DNA from: an uncultured virus (IMG/VR IMGVR_UViG_3300021957_003318)
Taxonomy: Duplodnaviria > Heunggongvirae > Uroviricota > Caudoviricetes > Demerecviridae
IMG/VR virus record: IMGVR_UViG_3300021957_003318
DNA length: 64,000 nucleotides
Strand: one strand, 5' to 3'
Shown here: piece after piece, positions 18,117-28,000 of the stretch
Layout of the letters: each line of letters starts with the position of its first letter
Position numbering within the stretch: position 1 is the first letter of the stretch
Position numbers and translations under genes: made by a program
Notes under the pieces: generated by a model
The model's database searches: none
The model's input: the letters and a program-made list of their open reading frames with translations, nothing else
Told to the model about the DNA's origin: nothing

Positions 18117-18472
18117 TATTACTACTTGCGGATTTAGAAAGATTTTTTAAAAATGACATAGACTTAGATAAGTATCTAAGAGTATGTGAACAATTAGGAC
18201 AGGAACCTGATCCCGCTAAAATGCCTCCGTCTCGTGGCGAATTGCCATACGAGGTACAAATAGCATTTTCAATTCATGACATGCTCCCCGATAGATGGGA
18301 TGGAATGTCTGGGTCTTATTTTGGAAAAGATTTATCAGCATTAGGAACAATAATAGATATATATGAAGTTGAAGACAAGAAACAATGTGTTTTTTGGCTA
18401 AAAAACATCGAAGCTCTCAACAGTCGTTCAATAAACGATAGAATGACACAAGAGAGAAAGCGTAAAAAATAA
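18089..18472 (+). CDS. Tail assembly chaperone C-terminal part (gpT-like), reached by -1 frameshift
   Basis: The -1 frame is open from 18089 to 18472, well upstream of its first ATG (18221); LPDRWDGMSGSYFGKD motif. Confidence 0.78.
   Translation, partial: LRKFYRTQVILLLADLERFFKNDIDLDKYLRVCEQLGQEPDPAKMPPSRGELPYEVQIAFSIHDMLPDRWDGMSGSYFGKDLSALGTIIDIYEVEDKKQCVFWLKNIEALNSRSINDRMTQERKRKK
18095..18130 (+). other. -1 programmed ribosomal frameshift signal
   Basis: Slippery heptamer A AAT TTT (18095-18101), 6-nt spacer, 8-bp hairpin CGCAAGTA/TACTTGCG (18108-18130). Confidence 0.8.
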
Positions 18473-21400
18473 TGGCAGGAAAGAAAAGAGATGGCGGTTC
18501 GGTTAAGGTTAAAATTACTGATGATGGTTCGTTAAAGAATCTAGGTAAAAACGCAAAGAAAGCGGGAAAAGACGTTGGTTCAGTCGCAAAGAATGTACAA
18601 GAAAGCGATAGAAGACTAAAATCCTTATCTAATCAAACATCAAACTCAACAAAAGCATTTTCAAAACAAGCCCAAACTATTGGTGGGGGACTTGTGCCTA
18701 TTTATGCAACAATCGCTGCACAGGTATTCGCCGTTTCAGCAGCATTTAGATTTTTACAAGACGCAATGGAAACCAGAAATATGGTAGAAGGCCAGAAAGC
18801 TTTCGGTGCTGTAACTGGTCAAGCCTTTGCAACTATGACTTCCTCCGTACAGAAAGCAACTGCCAATATGTTATCATTTAAAGAAGCAGCTTCAGGTGTT
18901 GCGATTGGTTCTGCGGCTGGATTAACTCGTACTCAATTAGAAGGATTAGGTACTGTGGCAAAAAATGCATCATTAGCTCTTGGTAGAGACTTAACAGATG
19001 CTTTCAACAGATTAATAAGAGGTGTGACGAAAGCAGAACCCGAATTATTAGACGAATTAGGTATTATATTAAGACTTGAGCCTGCAACAGAAAAGTATGC
19101 AGCAGCTATAGGTAAAACAAGAGAAGCTTTAACAGCCTTTGAAAGATCACAAGCAGTTGCAAATGAAGTACTAGAACAAGGTGCTGAAAAATTTGGTAGA
19201 ATTACAGAAATTATGGATGAAAGTGCTTTTGTACTTGGTCAGTTTGCAAAAGAGTTTGATGATTTAACAAAAGTAATCAAGCTAGGACTTGCAGAATTTT
19301 TAATTCCAATTATTTCATTTTTAAAAGATAATATTACCTCTTTAATTGGTGTATTCGGATTATTAGCAGCACCTATTGTTAGTCAAATAATACCAGACTT
19401 TGGAAAAATGGCAGCTGCATTTGATAGAGCAGCAGATAGCTCAAGAAATATGGGTAAACAAGCTGGAAAAGATCTTAAACTTTTGAAAGGTTTAAAAGGT
19501 GGCGGCGACATTGGGAAACAAGCACAAAAAGACTTCATGGCTAGTGGAACAAGTGGAATGCAAAGCATGTTAGCTGGACAAGACATGACTGGACAGAGTG
19601 CTACTTTACAAAAAGCTGCCCTAGGAAAGAAACTAAATGCAAAAGAACTTGGTGTTTTAAAAAGGCATTTAAAACAGAAAAATAATATGATTGGTAACAT
19701 GACTAAACAAGACCAATTAATATTTGATAGATATATAAAACACCAAGAACTTGGATTAAAAGGTAGTATGACAAAAGCCAAGTTAGAATATAAACAATTA
19801 GGTTTAGCTACCAATAAGTATCTTGCAACTACTAAAGTAGGATTTGGAACAGTATTTGGTACAATAGCAAAAGGAGCTTCATTTGCAGGTAGAGCAGTAT
19901 CAAAATTATTAGGTGCCTTTGGTTGGATAAGTTTAGCTTTTATTGCTTTTGATGGTATAAGAGCCATGATGAAAGGCACAGAAGAAGATTTAACAAAAGC
20001 TCAACAGGCCGCATTAGACTTCAAAGAAACACTAACAGAATTAAATACAGAATTAGCAAGAATGAGCCAAGTAAGAAGAGAGGGATTTGTTGTAGGAGGA
20101 CTTCAGGTTTTAGAACAACAAGCAAACTCTTTAAAAAGTAGTGATATTCTTGGTATAATAAGAGAATTTAATAAACAATTAGAAGAAGGCACTTTTGATA
20201 AAGAAGCACAAAGCAAGTTACTAGTAACTGCAACTCAAATAGAACAATTAGTTCCTAAAATGAAAGGGTTTGCAGAAGAATTCGCAGGACCTGTAGACCA
20301 ATTAGAAAGAATTTCTATGAAAAATAATGCTTTCGTAACTATAGCAAATGATATTATGTTAGCAGGACAAGCAATGTCACAGTTTAGTCAACAAATGCAA
20401 AGTCTTGATAAACAAAGATTAAGTCTGGTAACTGGTTTTGGTAGTAATAATAAATTTGCAAATATACTAAGAGAAATAGACGCAGTTACAGGAGCAGGAG
20501 GTAGTTTAAATACAGGCACGATTCAGGCTATGCGAGACGCTCAAGGCGATAGTGTTGCAACTCAAACACAAAGACAAAAAGATTTAAATAAGTTTAAGGA
20601 GCTTGATAAGTTATTAGGCACGGGCGCAGGAAAAAGCACTGCAACTGAGGAAGAAACGGGGGGAAATATGACCCTTATTCCAACACTCAAAAGTGAAAAT
20701 AAAAATAGAGAAGCCCAATTTGCACAGCTAGTGGCTTTAGCAGACACCCCCCAAGGACAAAAAATATTACAAGATGCTTTGGGCTTAAGCGCAGAAGAAT
20801 TAATGACACCAGAGATAGCTGCACAAAGTATGAGAAAGGCTATGCAAAACAACAAGGGCGCAAATGCACTGCAATTTAGTAGTTATAGACCAGGAAAAGA
20901 CGGAGATATGTTTAAGAAAGGATTTGATGCAATTGCAAGAAGAATGGGCATAGAAGGTTTCGACCAAATGCAAAGCGATATAGATGTTGATGTAAAAGCA
21001 GATAAAGCAGCTCAAGATGAAATTGACAGAAGAGATACTTTAAGAAAGATTAATGAGTCTTTTGCTAAAGCTATTCGAGACGAAGACAAAGTAATTGAAA
21101 GAATACAAGAAAGAAGCCATCAAAATAAAATAGACACTTTAGATTCAACACTTATAGCAGATAAAAGATTGTTAATGTTTGAAAAAGATAGAATAGCTAC
21201 AGATACAAAACTAAATGCTTTAGATAAAGCTAGAATGGAGCAAAGAATAGCAGAAAAAGTTCTTGCTAAAGAAAAAGATACTGTTGATAGTGAAAATCTT
21301 AAAAAGTTAGAAGACCAAGTAGAATTTGCAAAATTAAAAACTGCAGAAGCACAAAAAGAATTAGACATACAAAGACAACTTTTAGGTTTACCTTTTCAAA

Positions 21401-22296
21401 AATTTACAGCAGAGAACGTTAGAATGGGTGAATTAAATAAAGGCTTAACATCTGGTATTGGAGGAAGTTATCAAAATCGTTTTGCTACTTTTTTACAAGG
21501 AGACCTTGCTCAAGGAGCTCTACAAAATGCTAGAACTAACGCGGAAAATCAATCACGTAGTAATATGATATCAAATGACTTCAGCGGAACAAATCTTGAA
21601 GAAGATGCAAATGTACTAAAACAACAAGCAGTTGACTCCACCTTGACAAAACTAGAAGAAGAATTTAGACTACGAGAAAAAATTTCGGCACAAATGAAAT
21701 TGCAAACAGATATAGCTACAAGACTAACAGAAGGACTTGCAAATGATATGGCAGGAGCTTTAGTTGAAGTTGCAAAAGGTACAAAAACAATGAAACAAGC
21801 CTTTGGAGATATGGCAATTTCTATATTAGCAGATATAACAAAGATGATAATTAAGCAACTTATATTAAATGCACTTATGGCTATGGTAGGAATGGTTAAT
21901 CCAGGAGCAGCAGCATCGCTTGGTGCAATGATGGGAATGACTGGAACTCCTGCAAGACAAGGCGGAATTATGCAACAAGGTGGTAATGGAGGCTATCGTT
22001 CATATAGAAGTGGTGGAATAGCAGATGGACCAGAGGGCGGATATCCTGCAACACTACATGGAACAGAAGCAGTTGTACCTTTAGGAAACGATAAAGAAAT
22101 ACCAGTAAAAATGTTAAGTGCTGGTGGCGGTACTAATAATGTTACTGTTAACGTTAGCATGTCAGATGGCAGTGCAACACAAGATATAAAAACAGAAGGA
22201 GAGAAAGCAAAAGCATTTGGAGCAAGTATCTCAGCGGCGGTGCAACAAGAGATTGTTAAACAGCAAAGGGCAGGAGGCCTGTTAAATAGTTACTAA
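18472..22296 (+). CDS. Tape measure protein (T5 pb2-like N-terminus)
   Basis: 1274 aa, Ala/Gly/coiled-coil rich; GRDLTDAFNRL..GVTKAEPELLDELGI; hydrophobic segments. Confidence 0.92.
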   Translation: MAGKKRDGGSVKVKITDDGSLKNLGKNAKKAGKDVGSVAKNVQESDRRLKSLSNQTSNSTKAFSKQAQTIGGGLVPIYATIAAQVFAVSAAFRFLQDAMETRNMVEGQKAFGAVTGQAFATMTSSVQKATANMLSFKEAASGVAIGSAAGLTRTQLEGLGTVAKNASLALGRDLTDAFNRLIRGVTKAEPELLDELGIILRLEPATEKYAAAIGKTREALTAFERSQAVANEVLEQGAEKFGRITEIMDESAFVLGQFAKEFDDLTKVIKLGLAEFLIPIISFLKDNITSLIGVFGLLAAPIVSQIIPDFGKMAAAFDRAADSSRNMGKQAGKDLKLLKGLKGGGDIGKQAQKDFMASGTSGMQSMLAGQDMTGQSATLQKAALGKKLNAKELGVLKRHLKQKNNMIGNMTKQDQLIFDRYIKHQELGLKGSMTKAKLEYKQLGLATNKYLATTKVGFGTVFGTIAKGASFAGRAVSKLLGAFGWISLAFIAFDGIRAMMKGTEEDLTKAQQAALDFKETLTELNTELARMSQVRREGFVVGGLQVLEQQANSLKSSDILGIIREFNKQLEEGTFDKEAQSKLLVTATQIEQLVPKMKGFAEEFAGPVDQLERISMKNNAFVTIANDIMLAGQAMSQFSQQMQSLDKQRLSLVTGFGSNNKFANILREIDAVTGAGGSLNTGTIQAMRDAQGDSVATQTQRQKDLNKFKELDKLLGTGAGKSTATEEETGGNMTLIPTLKSENKNREAQFAQLVALADTPQGQKILQDALGLSAEELMTPEIAAQSMRKAMQNNKGANALQFSSYRPGKDGDMFKKGFDAIARRMGIEGFDQMQSDIDVDVKADKAAQDEIDRRDTLRKINESFAKAIRDEDKVIERIQERSHQNKIDTLDSTLIADKRLLMFEKDRIATDTKLNALDKARMEQRIAEKVLAKEKDTVDSENLKKLEDQVEFAKLKTAEAQKELDIQRQLLGLPFQKFTAENVRMGELNKGLTSGIGGSYQNRFATFLQGDLAQGALQNARTNAENQSRSNMISNDFSGTNLEEDANVLKQQAVDSTLTKLEEEFRLREKISAQMKLQTDIATRLTEGLANDMAGALVEVAKGTKTMKQAFGDMAISILADITKMIIKQLILNALMAMVGMVNPGAAASLGAMMGMTGTPARQGGIMQQGGNGGYRSYRSGGIADGPEGGYPATLHGTEAVVPLGNDKEIPVKMLSAGGGTNNVTVNVSMSDGSATQDIKTEGEKAKAFGASISAAVQQEIVKQQRAGGLLNSY

Positions 22297-22661
22297 TGGC
22301 AATAGGATTTAATGTAGGCGGAAGCCTGGGACAAGCAGTGCCCGATAAAGGATTTACTAGAAAGACCACCCCTAGAGTTTTTAAAGCTGATTTTGGTGAT
22401 GGGTATTCTCAAAGAGTAGGAAACGGTATAAATGTACTAAATGAATCATTTAGTATAAATTTTGCAAATAGAACAAAAGAAGATATAGACCAAATATCAA
22501 ACTTTTTAGAAACTAAAGCAGGTGTTACATCTTTTAATTTTGTATACTCAGAAAGCGGGGGAGAAACAACAATTAAAGTACTATGTCCTGATTGGAGTCA
22601 ATCTTGGGCATATGATGATTATTATAATTTATCAATGAAATTAGAGAGAGTTTACGAGTAA
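22296..22661 (+). CDS. Distal tail protein (lambda gpM-like)
   Basis: FGDGYSQR..NGIN, GVTSFNF; 121 aa, directly after TMP. Confidence 0.88.
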   Translation: MAIGFNVGGSLGQAVPDKGFTRKTTPRVFKADFGDGYSQRVGNGINVLNESFSINFANRTKEDIDQISNFLETKAGVTSFNFVYSESGGETTIKVLCPDWSQSWAYDDYYNLSMKLERVYE

Positions 22662-24004
22662 TGTCTATAATCGCAACAGTACAAACTTTAACACCAGGTG
22701 CTATAGTACATATGTTTGAAATTGAAAAAGCAGATGGAACTTATGTGTACTTTAGTGGGCATAACAATTCAGACGCAAGTGCAATACAAATGTATGACTA
22801 TACTACAAATACTCAATTAAATACTTATAATACTTTGCCTATAGTTGCGGATGGGTTTGAGAAAAATCAATCAGGAGCCATGGCTAGACCAAGATTAAGA
22901 ATATCTTCTGCTACAAATAGTACAAATGTTGCAGTAAGTTTTAAAGAAGCAATAGGTGGAGATTACACTAAATTACTAGGTAAAAAAATAGTTCGTAGAG
23001 CAACTCTTGTTAAATATATTGTAGGAGGAGACAACGAGACAACTGCAGGAGAGCCTCCAGTAGAGTTTAATAGAGAAGTATGGGTTATAGATAAAATATC
23101 TAGCGAAGATTCAACAAGTATTGAATTTGAACTAAACTCTCCTTTTGATATGGATGGAGTAATGGTGCCAAAAAGAACCATTGTAGGAAACGGGTGTGCA
23201 TGGGAATACCAAGGTGCAAGTCCTACTAGAAAAGAAAGTCAAAAAATAGGTGGATGTAGTTGGCACTCTCATGGATTATATAGACCTGAGATAACAAATG
23301 CAGGAACAAGTACAGGAACACAATTTACTGCATTTGTGAACGTGGATGACCATTACATACTTCCAAATACTTCAGTAACAAGTTGGGATAGTTTAGGAGG
23401 AAGCTCAAACATTACAACAGATACTTTATATTCATATAATCAAACAGCAACAAGATTAGATGCAAATGGAAACTACACAAGTGCTTCTGTAAAAAGTTAT
23501 TGGCAGGCAAGAGTTACTGGAACTAAAACTTCAAAAGGAACACCTAGCGAAAGCAATGCTAACTTTGTTAGAGCTTGTGTATATGATGATTATAGTTCAA
23601 GTACTACTTACTATGCCTATACTGATGAAAAATTTAATAATTATGTTAGAAAAACACAAACAATTACAGCACCAACTACAGTAGGATTACCTAGTAATCC
23701 AAGTAATGGGGCTACTACTCATAACTATGGAATGACTTGGACTTATGTAAGTGCAAATACAGCATGGGAAGCTACAGGATATAGTATTTGGCAAACAAAA
23801 GTTACTAATGCAGGAAACACTCCTAACTTTGGAGACTTCTGGAAAAGAGGAGATATTTGTGGGAAGAGATTATCTTCTTGTAATCGTAGATTCAATGCAA
23901 CTCCAATTAGTACCTCAAGTGCTACTTCAAATCCAAAAGCAGATAATGATAATACTAGCGTACTACCATTTGGAGCTTTCCCAGGAAGTTCAAGGTTTGA
24001 CTAA
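22661..24004 (+). CDS. Tail tip protein (lambda gpL-like) with large insertion
   Basis: RPRLRIS, IEFELNSPFD, P.RTI..N.C.WEY, C, DICGKRLSSC..RF, LPFGAFPG. Confidence 0.85.
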   Translation: MSIIATVQTLTPGAIVHMFEIEKADGTYVYFSGHNNSDASAIQMYDYTTNTQLNTYNTLPIVADGFEKNQSGAMARPRLRISSATNSTNVAVSFKEAIGGDYTKLLGKKIVRRATLVKYIVGGDNETTAGEPPVEFNREVWVIDKISSEDSTSIEFELNSPFDMDGVMVPKRTIVGNGCAWEYQGASPTRKESQKIGGCSWHSHGLYRPEITNAGTSTGTQFTAFVNVDDHYILPNTSVTSWDSLGGSSNITTDTLYSYNQTATRLDANGNYTSASVKSYWQARVTGTKTSKGTPSESNANFVRACVYDDYSSSTTYYAYTDEKFNNYVRKTQTITAPTTVGLPSNPSNGATTHNYGMTWTYVSANTAWEATGYSIWQTKVTNAGNTPNFGDFWKRGDICGKRLSSCNRRFNATPISTSSATSNPKADNDNTSVLPFGAFPGSSRFD

Positions 24005-24321
24005 TGTTAGATAGTATTTATAAAGCAGCAGAACAAGCCGCCCCTGAAGAAATGTGTGGTTTAATTATAGAAAAAGATGGAAATGAAGAATTTATAAATT
24101 GTGAAAATTTTGCGGAGAATAAATTAAATGAGTTTAAAATTGACCCAAAAACTTTTGTTAAGTATCAACTCATTTCAAAAATAAAATATGTAGTCCATAG
24201 TCACTACGACTCAAAATGTGAACCAAGTGACCATGACAAAAAGTGTTGCAAGAGAATGGGCGTACCTTACATGATAGTATCGTACCCAGAAAAGGAGATG
24301 TGTATATATGACCCACGTTAA
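24004..24321 (+). CDS. JAB/MPN-domain tail assembly protein (gpK-like, no NlpC/P60 domain)
   Basis: EEMCG...VVHSH...PSDHD JAMM motif; 105 aa. Confidence 0.85.
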   Translation: MLDSIYKAAEQAAPEEMCGLIIEKDGNEEFINCENFAENKLNEFKIDPKTFVKYQLISKIKYVVHSHYDSKCEPSDHDKKCCKRMGVPYMIVSYPEKEMCIYDPR

Positions 24322-25033
24322 GTTAATGGGAGAATTAGGAGAAAAGTTTGGAACAGATTGGGTATCTGCGGATAACAACATGCGTGATATTTTTAAACTC
24401 ATAGAAGCACAATGTGAAGGTTTCGCAGAAGAAATGGCTAGAATGCTACAAAAAGATAATGTAGGCTTAGAAATAATACATGGAAAAGACTTACTTATTG
24501 AAACAGAAGACGATATTGCAGATATGTTTTTACCTGTAATAAAAGACACAATATACATAACACCTATTCCAGCAGGTTCTGGCTTTGGGGATGTATTCAA
24601 GATAGTACTAGGAGTAGTAATTGCTATATTTGCACCTGCGCTTATAGCAACATTAGGTTCTTTTTTAGCTTGTAGTACTGCATTTGGTGGCTTAGGTTTA
24701 TTTTTAACTGCAAATGCAGCCTTAATAGCAGGAGCAATAGGAGGATTATTAGCACTAAAAGGACTAACTGATTATTTAACTCCTCAAACTCCTGGAACAT
24801 CTCCTGATAGTTACTTATTTGGTAATGCACAAGAAAATGTAAAGATGGGGAGTCCGGTTCCTTTGCTTTATGGAGAATTAATAGTTCCTGGAGTAACAAT
24901 AAACTACTCTATGAGAGATCAAAAAACAACAGGTTATAATGCGTCATTTACTTACATAAATTCAACGTCAAATAGCCCAGCAAACAGTGGGGGAGATTCT
25001 ACAAAATCATCTGCTGTTGTAATGCAAAAATAA
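24308..25033 (+). CDS. Tail assembly protein (lambda gpI-like)
   Basis: VKLMGELGEKFG, ITPIPAGS, hydrophobic core, SYLFG, G.PVPLLYGE. Confidence 0.88.
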   Translation: MTHVKLMGELGEKFGTDWVSADNNMRDIFKLIEAQCEGFAEEMARMLQKDNVGLEIIHGKDLLIETEDDIADMFLPVIKDTIYITPIPAGSGFGDVFKIVLGVVIAIFAPALIATLGSFLACSTAFGGLGLFLTANAALIAGAIGGLLALKGLTDYLTPQTPGTSPDSYLFGNAQENVKMGSPVPLLYGELIVPGVTINYSMRDQKTTGYNASFTYINSTSNSPANSGGDSTKSSAVVMQK

Positions 25034-25035
25034 GT

Positions 25036-28000
25036 ATGAGAAATATAAATAAAAACGGTACCGCAGCGTCTTCTCCAGTTGGCGTAACACGAAATAGACG
25101 AAGAAGTCCTAATCAGGAACAGTCTGTTATTGTCTACGATTTAATATCAGAAGGACCTATTGAAGGACTTATAAATGGAGCTTCATCCATATATTTAGAT
25201 ACTACTCAAGTTTTAAATAATGCATATAAAACTTCCCATAATCCAAAACAAAGTTTTGATGTATCTTACAATGCTAGTACTAATACTATTACTGATAACA
25301 CAGGTTCTTCTATGTTCTCAGGATATAACTCCAGTAATGGAAGTTATAAAGTTAGAATAGAAGAAGCAAAAAAGACTATTTCAGGAATATCTATAACAGC
25401 AGGTAGTAAGACTGTTACTTCCTCAGGAGGTTTTGCTACTAATGATGTTTCAAAAGCATACGTAAGTGGTCAATATTTAAGAATAAAAGAAGGCGGTCCA
25501 AATAAAACAACTTTAGTATGTAAAATTACAAAATACACAAGTGCAACTTCTGTAGAAATAGATAGAATGGCAGAAATAACTGCGTCATCTTTAGCAGGTA
25601 CTATTGATTTATGTGGAACTGTTAGTTCTACTAGCAATGCAAATACAGCTGTAATTACACCTGATACTGGTGGAGATAGAACAGTTGCAAACACAGCGGC
25701 TTATATGGATAGCCCCTCAAGTGTAGCAGAATATCAAGCAACAAATTTTAATTATAATTTTGATAACGTAACTTATGGATTTAAAACAGGAGAAAGAAGT
25801 CAATCTTATGTAGGTACTGCAGCAGACACCGGCAACGCTTCAGTGATTGCAAATATTAGTAAAACACTTACAACTACTGATTTAAGTGGAATAGGGGTAA
25901 GTAATAATTTTAATAGTTATGGATATAGTACTTCAGGAGACGAAACAGCTACTTGGACAGCTAATCCAATTTTTATTACTTCTACTCAAATGAATGTAAG
26001 TACTCAAAAATCTGCAGTAGATAGATTAAAACTTACTTTCCAATATGATAATATGCATGCCATAAAGTCAAAAAACGGAAGAGAATGGCCTTCTATGATA
26101 GAACACAGAATTTATCTTAGATACAAAAATCCAGGAGATGCAAACTTTACAGAAGACTTGCTATATGGTCCAACAGACTCACAATTATTAGCTAGACCAT
26201 CGAATAAAAGAGTACACGGTTGGACTTATACTTCTTCAGGAACAGTAGAAGCTTATTGTAAAAATCCTTTTGTAGAAGTATTTGATATTAACTTAGAGCC
26301 TTACCAACCTCTTGAAGACTATGAAATAAAACTTGAAACAATTACTCCAATTAATAGAGAACATGGAGAAACTACACACTATAATTCAGGTAGACTTGCT
26401 TCTATAGAATCAGTTATTAATGACAAACTTTCTTATCCTTTAGCAGCTTATGGGCAGATGATGTTTAATGCTTCTGACTTTGGAAATGTTCCAGAAAGAG
26501 GTTATCACGCAAGAGGATTAAAAGTAATGGTGCCTACTAACTATTCTCCTAACCATGAAGGATATGAAGGAAGCCCCGCACAATATACTAGAAATATTAC
26601 TACAGGAGCAGTAGGAAGTGACTATGTAGCATGGGATGGAAACTTTAGGGGAGATACAGATGTCTTTGACGCAACTTCTCCTAACTTTGAGAAAGTATAC
26701 TCTAATAATCCTGCATGGGTTTTCTATGATATAATGACCAATGACCGATATGGTTGTGGAGAGTATATAGACGCTAGTGATATAGATAAATATGCTTTGT
26801 TTAAAATAGCAAGATATTGTGATGAATTAGTACCAAATGGAGAAGGAGGTACAGAACCTCGTTTTACAGCAAATGTGTGGTTTACTGAACAAGCAGAAGC
26901 TATGAAAGTTGCACAAGATATGTTATCTATTTTTAGAGGTATGATGACTTGGGTAAATGGACAAATTACAATAGAGCAAAATAGAGAAAGGTCTCCAATA
27001 GCAGCTTTTAATAAAGGCAATGTATTAGGGGGTTCATTTTCTTACCAGTCAACAAGAAATAGATTTAGATATAATCAAGTTAATGTAACATGGAATGACC
27101 CAAAAGCTTTTTATAAAAAAACAGTAGAAATAGTAGAAGATTACGACAACATAGTAGAAACAAGACAAATAAAGAAAAAAGATGTAGTCGCATTCGGTTG
27201 CACTAGTAGAGCACAAGCAGTAAGATATGGTAAGTGGCATTTATTTACAGACCAAATGGAAACTGATGTAGTAACATTCCAAGTAGGATTAGAAGGTGTA
27301 AATTTAAGTAGTGGAGATGTAATAACAGTTGCTGATGCAGATAGAAACAATCTAAGATTCGGAGGAAGAACTTTAGCTAATTCTACTACTACTAATATAA
27401 AAGTAGACTCTTCCTTAGATTTATCAAATACAGCAACCTTCTTTATGGAAGTAGTATTCCCAGAAGGTGGAGCATATTTACAGCAAGATACCGCAACAAT
27501 AAGAGGAGCTTCTAGAAAAAGAGGAGACTTTATACAATATGCAAATAATGTTGCAGGATCAAATACAGCGCTAACATCTGAAGCTATAATGATAAATGCA
27601 GTAGATGATAGCGATAATAAGTTAGATTTAGTATGGTCTGGTGAGACAAGAGTTGAAAGACAAGAAGTATCAAGTTACAACTCTACAAGTGTTACTGTCG
27701 CTAGTGCCTTTACTAGTGCACCTGCAACTCATAGTATTTGGGCAATTATAGAACTTGATGCAGATGGACAAATGGTTCATGGTTCTGCTAAAGAGTATAT
27801 GATACAGAATATAAAAGAAGACGACCAAGATCCTATATTTGCAATATCAGCAGTAGAATATAATAGGAAAAAGTTTTCTTTAGTAGATAGAGGGTATGTT
27901 ATAGAAGATTTACCAGAGACAACAAGAATGCCTAGGTACACAGAAAACGTACCATTCCCTACAGATGTAGTATTGAAAGCGGTTCCTCATCAACAAGAAA

